Assembly: GCA_038087875.1 (NCBI GenBank)
Contig: CM075985.1
Span: 12,524,001-12,588,000 of the forward strand
DNA length: 64,000 nt
Direction of reading: 5' to 3'
Source: Malacoraja senta
Taxonomy: Eukaryota
This document shows positions 51,945 through 64,000 of the stretch, piece by piece (positions within the stretch are counted from its first letter, which is position 1; each line of letters begins with the position of its first letter). The notes under the pieces were generated by a model. The model saw only the letters and a program-made list of their open reading frames with translations. It did no database searches and was not told the DNA's origin. A program made the translations under genes and the position numbers.

Positions 51945-53154
51945 TGTGGTGTATCTGGACTTCCAGAAGGCTTTCGATAAGGTCCCACATAAGAGATTAG
52001 TATACAAACTTAAAGCACATGGCATTGGGGGTTCAGTATTGATGTGGATAGAGAACTGGCTGGCAAACAGGAAGCAAAGAGTAGGAGTAAACGGGTCCTT
52101 TTCACAATGGCAGGCAGTGACTAGTGGGGTACCGCAAGGCTCAGTGCTGGGACCCCAGCTATTTACAACATATATTAATGATCTGGTTGAGGGAATTGAA
52201 GGCAATATCTCCAAGTTTGCGGATGACACTAAGCTGGGGGGCAGTGTTAGCTGTGAGGAGGATGCTAGGAGACTGCAAGGTGACTTGGATAGGCTGGGTG
52301 AGTGGGCAAATGTTTGGCAGATGCAGTATAATGTGGATAAATGTGAGGTTATCCATTTTGGTGGCAAAAACAGGAAAGCTGACTATTATCTAAATGGTGG
52401 CCGACTAGGAAAAGTGGAGATGCAGCGAGACCTGGGTGTCATGGTACACCAGTCATTGAAAGTAGGCATGCAGGTGCAGCAGGCAGTGAAGAAAGCGAAT
52501 GGTATGTTAGCTTTCATAGCAAAAGGATTTGAGTATAGGAGCAGGGAGGTTCTACTGCAGTTGTACAGGGTCTTGGTGAGACCACACCTGGAGTATTGCG
52601 TACAGTTTTGGTCTCCAAATCTGAGGAAGGACATTATTGCCATAGAGGGAGTGCAGAGAAGGTTCACCAGACTGATTCCTGGGATGTCAGGACTGTCTTA
52701 TGAAGAAAGACTGGATAGACTTGGTTTATACTCTCTAGAATTTAGGAGATTGAGAGGGGATCTTATAGAAACTTACAAAATTCTTAAGGGGTTGGACAGG
52801 CTAGATGCAGGAAGATTGCTCCCGATGTTGGGGAAGTCCAGGACAAGGGATCACAGCTTAAGGATAAGGGGGAAATCCTTTAAAACCGAGATGAGAAGAA
52901 CTTTTTTCACACAGAGAGTGGTGAATCTCTGGAACTCTCTGCCACAGAGGGTAGTCAAGGCCAGTTCATTGGCTATATTTAAGAGGGAGTTAGATGTGGC
53001 CCTTGTGGCTAAAGGAATCAGAGGGTATGGAGAGAAGGCAGGTACGGGATAATGAGTTGGATGATCAGCCATGATCATATTGAATGGCGGTGCAGGCTCG
53101 AAGGGCCGAATGGCCTACTCCTGCACCTAATTTCTATGTTTCTATGTTTCTATG
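51945..53154 (+). mobile_element. Young CR1, 5'-truncated, uninterrupted RT C-terminal frame
   Basis: ORF 51868..53052 (YLDFQKAFDKVPH...KFADDTK). (ttctatgt)n tail. Confidence 0.95.
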
Positions 53155-56100
53155 TAAATACTCTTGCAATAAAGGCCAACTTTACATTTGCCTCGTCTGC
53201 ATGTTATCTTGCATTAACTTGTGTACAGGGCCATCCAGGTTCCCTTGAAAATCAACATATCATAATCATTCACCATTTAACACAACTTTTCAGTCTTTTC
53301 AACTAAAGCGGATAACCTCACATTTTTGACCACATTGAAAACTTCTTAAGAGTCCAAATATACCACATCCATTACTTTCCCCCCACATCTACTCTTCTGG
53401 ATTCTTAAAGAACTACAATGAATTAGTCAAACATGATTTCCTTTTCAAGCTGCACATTTACTCTGTTCAATCATGTTATAGCCTTCTAAGGTGCCTGCTT
53501 TCATATTCTTCAAGATAGTTCCTGCATTTTCCCTCTTAATGATGTTAGGGTTATAAGTTAGTAGTTCCTCATTTGCTGAGATCACATTTTTTACTTGCAG
53601 GAACTATTCCATAATTTCAAAACATTGGAATGCAGATCATGAATACCTTTGAATCTTTCTGTTTTTTAGCATCGTTAATTATAGCTAGAAACTGCGTTCG
53701 CTGGAAAACTGAAACAAAATGCTGTAACATTTTCAGCAGATCAGGCATGCATCTTTCTCTCTCCATAGATAGCACTTTAACAGTTGGGCATTTCAAACAT
53801 TTTATGTTTATATTTCAGTCATTAACCCCTAGCAGTATTTCCTGTTTCTCTCATCCATTGGAATTCTTTAAGAATCCAGTGGAGTAGATGTGGTGGGATC
53901 CAATGGATATGATATGCTTGGACTTTTAAGAGATTTTTGATTATGTACTTCACTTATTTTACTCTTTTTTGCCCTGATCACTTGGTTTTATCTTGTTTCT
54001 GGGAGGCTTTTTGTGTCTTCTGTGAAGGCAGACACAAAGTATTTGTTTAACTCAACTATTTCCTTATTCCGCCTAATAAATTCTCCCAGGTATGCCCACA
54101 TTTGTCCTTGATAGTTTTTCCTTCTTATATATGTACAGCTTTCATACTCATTTTTTATATTTCTTGCTACACTGCACAGTATTACACTGGAGTATTACAG
54201 TGGTATTTTACCTAGAGTGTATTATGGAATTGTAGAATGACTTACCTGGATCCAGTACATCCAGCATGTGGACCAGACCTTGGACTTTTACTTGTTCTTT
54301 TGTAAATGGCGGCAAAATATGGCGATGGGTGCAAGAGTTTCACTGTGCAGTGCATAAGTGACAATAAAGAACCATTGAAAAGATACCTGTAATAATTGGC
54401 ATTCAATCAACTTGCAGCTTAATCAGAACTCTCATACAAATGTTAAACCAAAGTAATACGTGGGATACTACATGTGAAAACATGAACTCATTCACAAGTG
54501 AGGTATACTGGAACTGCAAAATAACCTTTGCAAAAACATAATATAAAACCAGTTGCAATATGGAGACCTGAATAGCAACTGCTATGTGCCATGGAAACCA
54601 GCATAGCAACCTGGTGAATCATCCTGTGCTCCATGCAGCTACCCCAGAACCACATCCAAATACTCAGCTGGATGAGAAAACTGAGCTCCCAGTCGCTCGA
54701 TCCATAACTGTGTGCATGAGACCAGAGGAGTGGAGAGTGAAAGAGAGAATCAGGTCAAAAGAAAGAACAGGTTAGATTGAAGGGATATTGTGGGCAGAAA
54801 AATAAACTAAAATGAGGATAAAAGAGAGAAAGGATCAGAGAAAGGGAATGCAGAAGCAAGAAGAAATAATGGCAGACGGAAAATAGTAACTGTGTTAGAC
54901 TACTGAAAATAAAAGGAAAAATCTGACATGAATAGAGAAGCAAAAAGGGAGGGAGGGAGTAAGATGTGGGAGAGAGAAGGAGAGAGAGAGATGGTGCTGA
55001 GAATTTGGGTATATCAAAATCAGAATAAACAGACTGATTGATTCAGCTTACTGCCAAGTGTATCCTACCAAAAAAGGTTGCGATGATCTCCTTGGAGACT
55101 GGTCTGAAGAGACTGATCCTCTCAAACTAATATTCAACATTTGATTAGAAATGATTGCGTCTGCCTCGTAGGTCTCCTTCCTATCTAACTACACAGACTC
55201 AGGAACAGCAGAGAGCTGGGCATTTCCTGAGTATTACTGTGCATGGTCGTTGCATACATTCCTTTGTTGCTCTCAGTTGTTCCAGCTAGGGGTCTCTGTG
55301 GGTGTGAATATATCTGACCTTCACAGCCCACTTAATGAAGGGATCGTGAAGCAATATGTGAGTGTTTATTTTCAGTCGGCTCTGATCTTTTGCTTACAAT
55401 TTTCGATTCCAGTGCCTACTGAAATCTTTTTTGTGAATTAGTCAGAGCTTAACTCTCATTAATGAGGTTCCACTTGCCTGAAATCAATCACCAGTGGCTG
55501 AATTATGGATGCATAATTTATCCTCATCTCTCCTCTGGTTCTGTTCTTCATTTTTACACTTGAAAACACTTTCCACTGATTTCTCCATCAATGAAGATGA
55601 GCTTGGAATTGGTGGAAGCCAACGAGAATAACATGGAGAAAGGACGGTGGTCGGTTTACTTCAGGTATGATGCAGGTGCATAAGAAAAGAAAGGAAGTGG
55701 TATATTAGTATAGGATTAATTTAGGAGAATGTAGGAAAATAGGATTTATTTGGGATTAGCAAAGCCCATGAAGAGAGAGCAGTCTTGAAATTAGTTTATC
55801 ATTGAACAAGGTTAGAGCTGTAAAAAATGAGGCTTACACGTTCCCCTTGTAAATAAATTACAGTGTTCTCATTTATTGGCACTAAGAACACGGAATCGAA
55901 CCATTAGTACACTACTTTCACATGGTTTTGCAGAAAGTTGGAATCACTGAATCTAAAGTCATATAAACAAACGATCTTAATGGAGATATCCCAGTAATTA
56001 TAATGTACCATGGCATCTTAATAACAGGCTTCTACCATAGCCAGTTTCTGTCCAGCGCTGTGCTATATTTTTCATCGCCAGCACAATCCCAATCACTCTG

Positions 56101-56394
56101 ACTTCCAGTCAATAACAACTAGTATCCAATGTGATTCACAAAATTACTTGCTTAACCAACAAATAACGCAACAAATAACATTCTAGAAGAACGAGTGTTC
56201 ACGAAGAGCCAAGCAGTCTTCTCTTATTACTTCAAATCCTACAGAATCTTACATTTCTAATTCAGGAATACCGACTATTTGGAATAAAATCAATATACTT
56301 GGGGTCCAGGAATCTTAAGTATGGTCTATAGAGTTCAGCAATGCATCACAGTGCAATTTCATACTTTGTAATTCGGGTGGGTTTGGTGCTGACA

Positions 56395-56945
56395 AGAGTT
56401 TAATTGTCATACGCACAGACAGCGGAACAACAACATTCATACTTTCTGCAGCTTAACAGGCCCATAAAAATAATAACACACAGATAATATATAATAACCA
56501 AAAAATATGATAAATTAAATAACCAGTAATACTTGGAAACCATAATAATGCAAAAATACCAAAGTCTGTAGTGCAACCAATAGATAAAGTCCCTAGAAGA
56601 TCATAGTTGCTGAGGATAATGTTGTGTAGTGTTCAATAGCCTGATTGTTAGGAAGAAGCTGTTCTTGAATCTGGTGGTCATAGTTTTCTGGCTACTGTAT
56701 ATTCTTCCTGTTGTTCGTAGCGAGATGAGAGCATGGCCAGGATAGTGTGGTTCTTTGATAAAACTGGCTGCCTTATTCAATGGTGGGGAGGTGAGTACCT
56801 TGATGGACTGGGCATTGTCTACCACCTCTGCAATCTCCTTCATCCCAGGGCATTCTAGTTACCGAACCAGGCTGTAATACAACCAATCAATATGCTCTCC
56901 ACCGTACATCTGTAGAAGTTCGACAGAGTATTCGTCATCATACCA
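56395..56945 (-). mobile_element. Rex1/Babar-like 3' fragment
   Basis: NFYRCTVESIL.GCITAWFGN and TTRFKNSFF motifs. Confidence 0.85.
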
Positions 56946-56946
56946 T

Positions 56947-58945
56947 ACATAGAAACATAGAACATAGAAAATAGGTGCAGGAGTAGGACATTTGGCCCTT
57001 CGAGCCAGCACCACCATTCAATATGATCATGGCTGATCATCCAAAATTATTCCCTTTGCCCTAAGAGCTAAATCTACCTCTCTCTTGAAAACATCCAGTG
57101 AATTGGCCTCTACGGCCTTCTGTAATAGAGAATTCCACAGATTCACAACCCTCTGGGTGAAACGTTTTTCCTCATCTCAGTCCTAAATGGCCTACCTCTT
57201 ATTCTTAAAATCTGTGACCCTTGGTTCTGGACTCTCCCAACATCGGGAAATTTTTTCCTGCATCTACGCTGTCCAATCCTCTATGAATTTTATGTGTTTC
57301 TATAAGATCCCCTCTCATCCTTTAAATTCCAGCTAATACAAGCCCAGTCGACCCATTCTTTCATCATATGTCAGTCCCGCCATCCCGGGAATTAACCTGG
57401 TGAACCTACACTGCACTCCCTCAATAGCAATAATGTCCTTCCTCAAATTAGGAAATCAAAATTGCACACAATACTCTAGGTGCGGTCTCACCAGGGCCCT
57501 GTACAACTGCAATAGGACCTCCTTGATTCTAAACTCAAATCCTCTCACAATGAAGGCCAACATGCCATTAGCTTTCTCACTGCCTGCTGTACTTGCATGC
57601 TTACTTTCAGTGACTGATGTACAAGCACACCCAGGTCACATTCCACCTCCCCTTCTAATCTGACACCATTCAGATAATAATCTACCTTCCTGTTCTTGCC
57701 ACCAAAGTGGATAACCTCACATTTATCCACATTATACTGCATCTGCCATGGTTCTGCCCACTCACTCAACCTATCCAAGTCACCCTGCAGCCTAATAACA
57801 TCCTCCTCGCAGCTCACACTGCCACCCAGGTTTGTGTCATCTGCAAACTTAGAGATGTTACATTTAATTCCCTCATGTAAATCGTTAATATATATTGTAA
57901 ACAACTGAGGTCCCAGCACCGAGCCCTATGGCACCCCACTAGTCACTGCCTGCCATTCTGAAAAGGACCCATTAATTCCTACTCTTTGCTTCCTGTCTGC
58001 CAACCAGTTCCTTATCCATGTCAATATCCAACCCTCAATACCAAGCTCTAATTTTGCACACTAATCTCTTGTGTGGGACCTTGTCAAAGGTTTTTTGAAA
58101 GTCCAGATACACCACATCCACTGGCTCTCCCTTATCCATTCTACTTGTTACATCCTCAAAAAATTCCAAAAGGTTAGTCAAGCATGATTTCCCCTTCATA
58201 AATGCATGCTGACTTTGACCGATCCTGTCACTGCTTTCCAAATGCGCTGCTATTACTTCTTTAATAATCAACTCCAGCATCTTCCCCAATACCGATGTAA
58301 GGCTAACTGGTCTATAATTTCCTGTTTTCTCTCTGCCTCCTTTCTTAAAAAGTTGAGTTACTTGGCTACCCTCCAGTGCACAGGAACTGATCCAGAGTCG
58401 AGAGAACATTGGGAAATGATCACCAATGCATCCACGATTTCTATGGCCATCTCCTTGAGTACTCTGGGATGCAGACCATCAGGCCCTGGGGATTTATCTG
58501 CCTTCAGTCCCAACAGTTTACCTAACACCATTTTCTGACTAATGTGGATTCCCTTCAGCTCCTCCATCTCACTAGATCCTCGGTCTCCTAGTGTTTCTGG
58601 GAGATTGTTTGTGATTTCCTTAGTGAAGACAGAATCAAAGTCTCGTTTAACTGTTCAGCTATTTCCTTGTTTCCCATTATAAATTCACCTGTCTCTGACT
58701 GTAAGGGACCTACGTTTGTTTGTCTTCTCTAGTATTTTCCTTTTTACATTCCTAAATAAACTTTTACAGTCAGTTTTTATATTTCCCGCAAGCTTTCTTT
58801 CATGCTCTTTTTTCCCCTTCTTAATTAACCCCTTTGTCCTCCTCTGTTGAGTTCTACATTCTTCTGGTCAATTTATATGCCTCTTCCTTGGATTTAACAC
58901 TATCCTTGACTTCCCTCGTCAGCCACGGTTGTGCCGCCTTCCCAG
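56947..58945 (-). mobile_element. CR1 LINE, 5'-truncated, frameshifted
   Basis: ORFs 58358..58567, 58035..58409 and 57545..57919 (KSPGPDGLHP, NYRPVSLTS, KFADDT). Confidence 0.94.
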
Positions 58946-59060
58946 TTTTATTTTATACGATAATATAAGTGTTTCTATTTTATAGAAAAAAATTGAAATT
59001 TATAGAAAAGTGCCCCAAATGAGTAAGATCATAAGAGGTAGTAGGCCTTTGACATCAGGT

Positions 59061-59328
59061 GTTAAAGAAGGAACTGCAGATGCTGGAAAATCGAAGGTAC
59101 ACAAAAATGCTGGAGAAACTCAGCGGGTGCAGCAGCATCTATGGAGCGAAGGAAATAGGTAACGTTTCGGGCCGCAACCCTTCTTCAGACTGATAGGGGG
59201 TGGGGAGAAGAAAGGAAAAAAGGAAAAAGGCGGAGGAGGAGCCCGAGGGCTGGGGGAGGGAAGGAGACAACCAGATGGCTGATGAAGGGGAGGGGACAGC
59301 AAGGGCTAGCAGAATTGGGAGAATTCAG
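59061..59328 (-). mobile_element. Penelope-derived element with hammerhead core and pyrimidine-rich upstream part
   Basis: 59061-59189 differs from 8241-8369 at one position. Minus strand reads CTGAAGAAGGGTTGCGGCCCGAAACGTT. Confidence 0.85.
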
Positions 59329-60671
59329 TCATCCTGACCTCTAAAGTGCTCAAGTTTTAAAACACACACATTAGCCATGACTGCAGGAAGCCAAGAGGAA
59401 GTTAACACTGCATAATAATAGGACTGACAGTGTGAGAATCTTGGAGAGTCTGACAATGCAGCTTAATTATCCTGAAGTGTGCAGAGGTACAAAGTAAGAA
59501 TGTGTGTTTGTTAGTCACAGCAAGCATGATTCACCGTTATTAACAAAAAAGGTGATGGCCTTTAGGCTGAATCGTGACAAGCTGAAGTGGTTACTCAGGA
59601 TTTAATATTCCTGAACATGGACATCTATAGACTGCCTGAAACATTCACACAACAGCCCACATTCCAAGTTCTATTTAATCAGCTACTCATTACAGACCAT
59701 CACCCACATTTAACAAAACTAAACAATGCCTTCTATAACACAACTTTAATGTACCAATCATACCCAAAGCTGAATTAAGCAGCAGGCTTGGTACATTAGG
59801 GTTTTGCACAACAGGAGTGAATGGCAGGAGGTTATTTCTTGTAGGTGTAAATGGGGATTTGATCTATTAGTTTCTTTTTATTACGACTCATCTGTCTCCA
59901 ACAGTACATAATTTCTGACGGGAATTAAAACACAGCTTTTTATCAACTGATGTGGCCTCTGTCTCAGCAGGATGCAGTCCAAGGCCCAAGCATACCATTT
60001 TTAGATGGTTATTATCAGCAACCCTTTTAACCCTGGACAGTGTTGTGCAACAAAGTGAATGCTGATGTTCACACCTTTCCCAACTCCACCAGACCTAATA
60101 ATCCTGTAAAACCACAGGTAGCTGAGTCTAAATCTGCCCAAAATTCCCAACCAATGTCACCAGCACCATTCCATTCTGTCAACACCATTAGGATCAGTCA
60201 ATAACTCCTACTCCTGTACTTTGATCATAAATATAAGTACTAAGATGGGGATGGATGCATGATGCAGAATAAAAATGAACAATGAAAGGATATTGTCTTG
60301 CTCATCAAAAAACAAACTGCTGGAGGAGCTCAGCAAGTCAGATAGTGAAGGGAATGGACAGACTATGTTTCGGGTCAGAACATGGAGAACTTGATGCTGT
60401 AAAATGATGCCTCCACTGGGGATGCATCTCGAGCGTGAATTATTAGTGCACTACAAGTGCAGCAAATTTAAACCTCACATCTTAAATCTAATATGTAGGG
60501 ATCTATACAACTTTCCCAGATGTGCAGGAAGTTCTCCAATGACATCAAATAAAACCTATTGTACACTGGCAGATATACTATGTCCATTCCCTGCACAGAT
60601 ACTGTCTGAACTGTTGAATTCCTTGGTTTTATTTACTATCATACTATTGTAAAGTATCGTTGAGGTGGGTC

Positions 60672-61595
60672 GGTGGGGGCGCTGCAAGCCGGCAGCCCTG
60701 CCAGCAGCGTGTTAGTTTTTTCCAGTTTAATGTCTGTTTTTTATGTCTCTCTGTGTGTCTTGTGTGGGGGGTGGTGTGGGGGGGGTAAGGGGGAAACCGC
60801 TTTGGTCGCCTCCTCCACGGAGAGGCGACTTTTTCCATGTCGCCTCCCCCGTGGCCTAACATCGAGGAACGGGCGGCCTTTCCCGGAGAAGCGCCCGGGG
60901 CTTCAACCGCGGGCGCAGCGTGGACTCTCGTCGCAGAGCGGGCGAGCCCTCGCCGGGGTTCGCCAGAGGGGAGAGCTCCGTTCGCTGGCCCGCGGCAGCC
61001 TGAAGCCGCGGTCTGCAGGGCTCCAGCTGGCGCGGCGTCCGCAGCCTGGGATCCCTCGTTGGGGACCCGGGAGGTGAAGAATCTCCGACCGCTGGCCCGC
61101 GGCCAACTTCTAACCGCGGGCGTGGCGGGGACTTACCACCCGGAGCGGGGTCCCTCGCCGGGGACCCCTGGAGAGGAGCTCTGACCGCCGGCCCTGCTGT
61201 CTGCGGTTCTTCTGGCTGCGGCGCGGCGGGGACTTTAAATCTTCGACCGCCGGCCTACACCAACCTGAAGTCGAGGTCTCCGGTGGGGCAGCACCGATTC
61301 AGGACTTACCTGGACTTTATCTGGACTTTGCCTTGTCTGAACTTCTGGACGCCGCAGCGGCGGCTGCGGAGGGTTGAGGTCCCGACCACGGGGGGAAATG
61401 GTTGAGGTCCCGACCACGGGGGAAACTGGCCAATTTTTGTGCCTTCCACCAGTGATGAATGCTGTGGTGGATGTTAATGTTTTTTAAAAAAATATTGTGT
61501 TTTTGTGTGTTCTTTTTCATTGTACCGCTGCTGGCAAATTCATTTCACTTGCACTTTATGTGCAAGTGACGAATAAAACTGATATTGATATATAT
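60672..61595 (+). mobile_element. GC-rich non-autonomous retroelement (variant A), apparently full length
   Basis: CpG-rich body, 3' hairpin cacttgcac/gtgcaagtg, gacgaataaa and (gatatt)n tail. Internal 26-28 bp tandem duplication at 61372-61425. Confidence 0.82.
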
Positions 61596-61926
61596 ATTAT
61601 ACTATCAGATCCACCTCAGTAGTCCTGAGTAAATGTGGCAGCAATTGTAACAAGACGTGTGCACTGTACAAAATTTGAAAGATGTAATGGATGCATGTTC
61701 TCTGCATAAATATATAGATGCATTCTTCAGAGATACCAGATGTACGAATCAATGTATTTGTATGGATACCAGATATATTTATATATATTGCAGACGAAAG
61801 AGGCTGAATGACGTCATTTTCAATGCCGTTGCCGAAAGCAGAGGCTAACTTTGTATCTATTTTATCTCGCATGGTTACAGATTCCAAGCTCCAATTGAGC
61901 ACTGCGTTGATAACATTGAACATATT

Positions 61927-61940
61927 GTTTCCATGGTTAC
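61927..61940. promoter_or_regulatory. RFX X-box-like motif GTTTCCATGGTTAC
   Basis: 13/14 match to the X-box consensus. Confidence 0.4.
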
Positions 61941-62788
61941 TAGGAGCTGATGCTTATAAATACTGACAATTATAATACAAATAATTTCACGAATCCATAC
62001 AATTTAACTCCTTGAGCATATAACTCCTACATATTAAGAGCATAAAAAAGAGCAAAAAGTTAAATCTATTGATCCTAAATTCTACTTGTGATTTGACTGC
62101 CGACGGACTGACAGAAATTATTGATTACTATGTGTGGGTCAGATGACGGGTAAGCCCTATGTATTAAGAATAAGGAGAGGCCGGTCACTTCCCAAATCTG
62201 TTTACCATTCAATTCGCTTATAGAAGATCTCTATATATTAACTCCTTTTACTCATCTTAACAATTTTTTTATTTAGCATAGAATATGCTACATTTATTTA
62301 TTGCCCATCCCTGCACATCTTTGAGGCGATGGTGATCCATCTTCCTGAGCTGCTGCAGTTTGTGCAATGCACGTACGTCCACAGTATTTGCTAGGTAAGG
62401 AGTTCTAGGATTCAATTAATATTTAAAAAAGACAAAATATTTAAAAGTCAGGATGATGTACTACATGAGAGGGAAATTTGTAGGTGGTGACTTGGAGGGG
62501 AAATTGAGCTTATGCAGGCTATTTTTATGTGTTTACCACCCTTGTTCCTTCATGTGGTAGAGATCATGGCTTTGGGAAATGGTGTTAATTGAGTTTCAAT
62601 GAACTGCTGGAATGCATCTTTCAGATAAAATATTCTATAGTCACAGCATGGAAGAAATCCTTGTTCAAGCAAAGTGAATGACATCCCAAGCAAGCCGTTT
62701 CACTCTGGTTTGCACAATGCTTCATAAGCACCAATGGAACTAAATTTATTCAGATAGGTGGAGAGTACTCCATCACATTCCCGACTTA

Positions 62789-63900
62789 AAGGTCTGTCTC
62801 ACTGTGCGACTTGACCCACGAGTGACCCCGAGTGAAAGACTCGTGGTTGCGTACGAGACTACAAGTTTATGATCCAGAGTTTAACCGAGTTCCCACGGGT
62901 ATGTCTACGTTTCCCGTTTACTTCTCATTTCTGCGATGTTCCAAGTTTGTCTCCCGAGTGTACCAAGTTCCTCTCCCGTTAATCTTGAGGCAACAATGTA
63001 TATCGAAGTGTTGAAAAATCATCACACGTTAAAAAAATGATGTCATGCCAGCCAAAGAACATAGATACTATTGTGTTTGCTGCATGTGTTCTGCACAACC
63101 TGATCCGTATCAGAGGTGCAGCTTCAGGATCAGCGACAGCCATGCAGCACGGTGACTTAGTGGACAGTCAAACAGGGAGAATAACACTAGGTGCGTGGAG
63201 GAGTGGTACAAACGACGAGACTTTGGTGCCACTGCAGTGTTTTCGAGGTAACACGGGGACCAACAGTGCAAAAGAGCAGAGAGACCATCTCTGCTCCTAC
63301 TATAATTCAGAATTGGGCAGTGTGCCGTGGCAGGACAGCTTATTTTGAGCGGCTGCCGACCACAGGTACATCACTGCATGAGGAGAGCCCACATGCAGAA
63401 AAATCCAGTTAATTTCATGTTTAGTTTAAATCCTGCTGACTTTTCATTGTTTAACTTTAAGTGTGGATTATATTTTTTATTGTGGTGTAAAAGTAATTTC
63501 ATTGCATCTGTCTTTCCTTTAAAACGTGGTTATCATGCATCTGCTTATCTGATTGTAGATCTCAAAATTTGTCATTTAGCGCATTGCATTGTATCTTTTA
63601 TTGCCTGAATTTAGACTAGTGCATTTCTCAGCTGAATTAGTATATAGTGGAAATACTTTTATTTGTGCTTCATTTGTTGATTTTCATGTATGAGAAGCCC
63701 TTTTTCAGACCACTGCGTTGTTTGCTGTGGTGCTTCGCCGTGATATGGGTTTGCAGGAAATTACGCATATTTCTCAATATGCGCAAAAAAGCGTTTTTTA
63801 TATTGAACAATAATAAAGACTTTGTTTCACATTCAAGACATTTGTTTCACATAAGACTTTGTCTTATTTTCTGATCTACTGAGAGGGGACAATTTTAAAC
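62789..63900 (+). mobile_element. PIF/Harbinger DNA transposon remnant
   Basis: ORF 63037..63348 with ACVLHNL and AKEQRDHLCSYYNS.GSVPWQ (Harbinger transposase C-terminus). TIR-like aaggtctgtctcac after TTA at about 62789. Right end not identified. Confidence 0.75.
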
Positions 63901-64000
63901 ATTTAAAAAGCACAGCATATGAGGCAGCTGAGTCCTTAAATCTCACAAATGATTGTGAGAATCAAGATGTGAATATATTTTGCCTTCCTCTATTTTGTGT

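Noticed and set aside
51112-52000. Long overlapping ORFs in the GC-rich elements (also 36184-36740 and 60644-61520)
   Set aside because: Expected from high GC content, and the frames are not preserved between copies.
54246-55140. Strong minus-strand donors at 54246 and about 55052 with short upstream frames
   Set aside because: No acceptor, homology or clear phase partner, so they cannot be separated from chance.
1-64000. CRISPR arrays, true tRNA/rRNA genes or prokaryotic operons
   Set aside because: None seen. The tRNA-like segments are SINE heads and the tandem repeats lack repeat-spacer structure.

Overview
Eukaryotic genomic DNA, most likely from a cartilaginous fish (skate/ray-like repeat content: HE1/V-SINEs, CR1/HER1 LINEs, Rex1/Babar, L1/Tx1, Penelope-derived palindromic elements, hAT and Harbinger remnants). 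The window is mostly intron of one minus-strand gene, recognisable by recalled protein similarity as CCDC136 (SLMAP/TRAF3IP3/CCDC136 coiled-coil family). Ten GT-AG exons join in phase into about 1030 codons: 37415-37353, 33024-32929, 26164-25888, 25360-25301, 24714-24655, 17653-17594, 15963-13996, 12842-12768, 8207-7887, 3872-3755. A candidate first coding exon lies at 46841-46824, and the 3' part of the gene was not found and probably lies left of position 1. Most notable: (i) a 1968-nt exon carrying about 55 indel-free, highly diverged decapeptide repeats directly ahead of the conserved coiled coil; (ii) SLMAP-type N-terminal coiled-coil exons retained in a CCDC136-like gene, with no FHA exons seen; (iii) two duplicated 60-nt exons inside a run of six symmetric phase-1 exons; (iv) dispersed Penelope-derived elements with minimal hammerhead-ribozyme cores, one forming a 96-bp hairpin next to a splice acceptor; (v) three copies of a GC-rich non-coding retroelement with a Rex1/Babar-like tail. 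All homology calls are from memory, not from database searches, and repeat boundaries are approximate.
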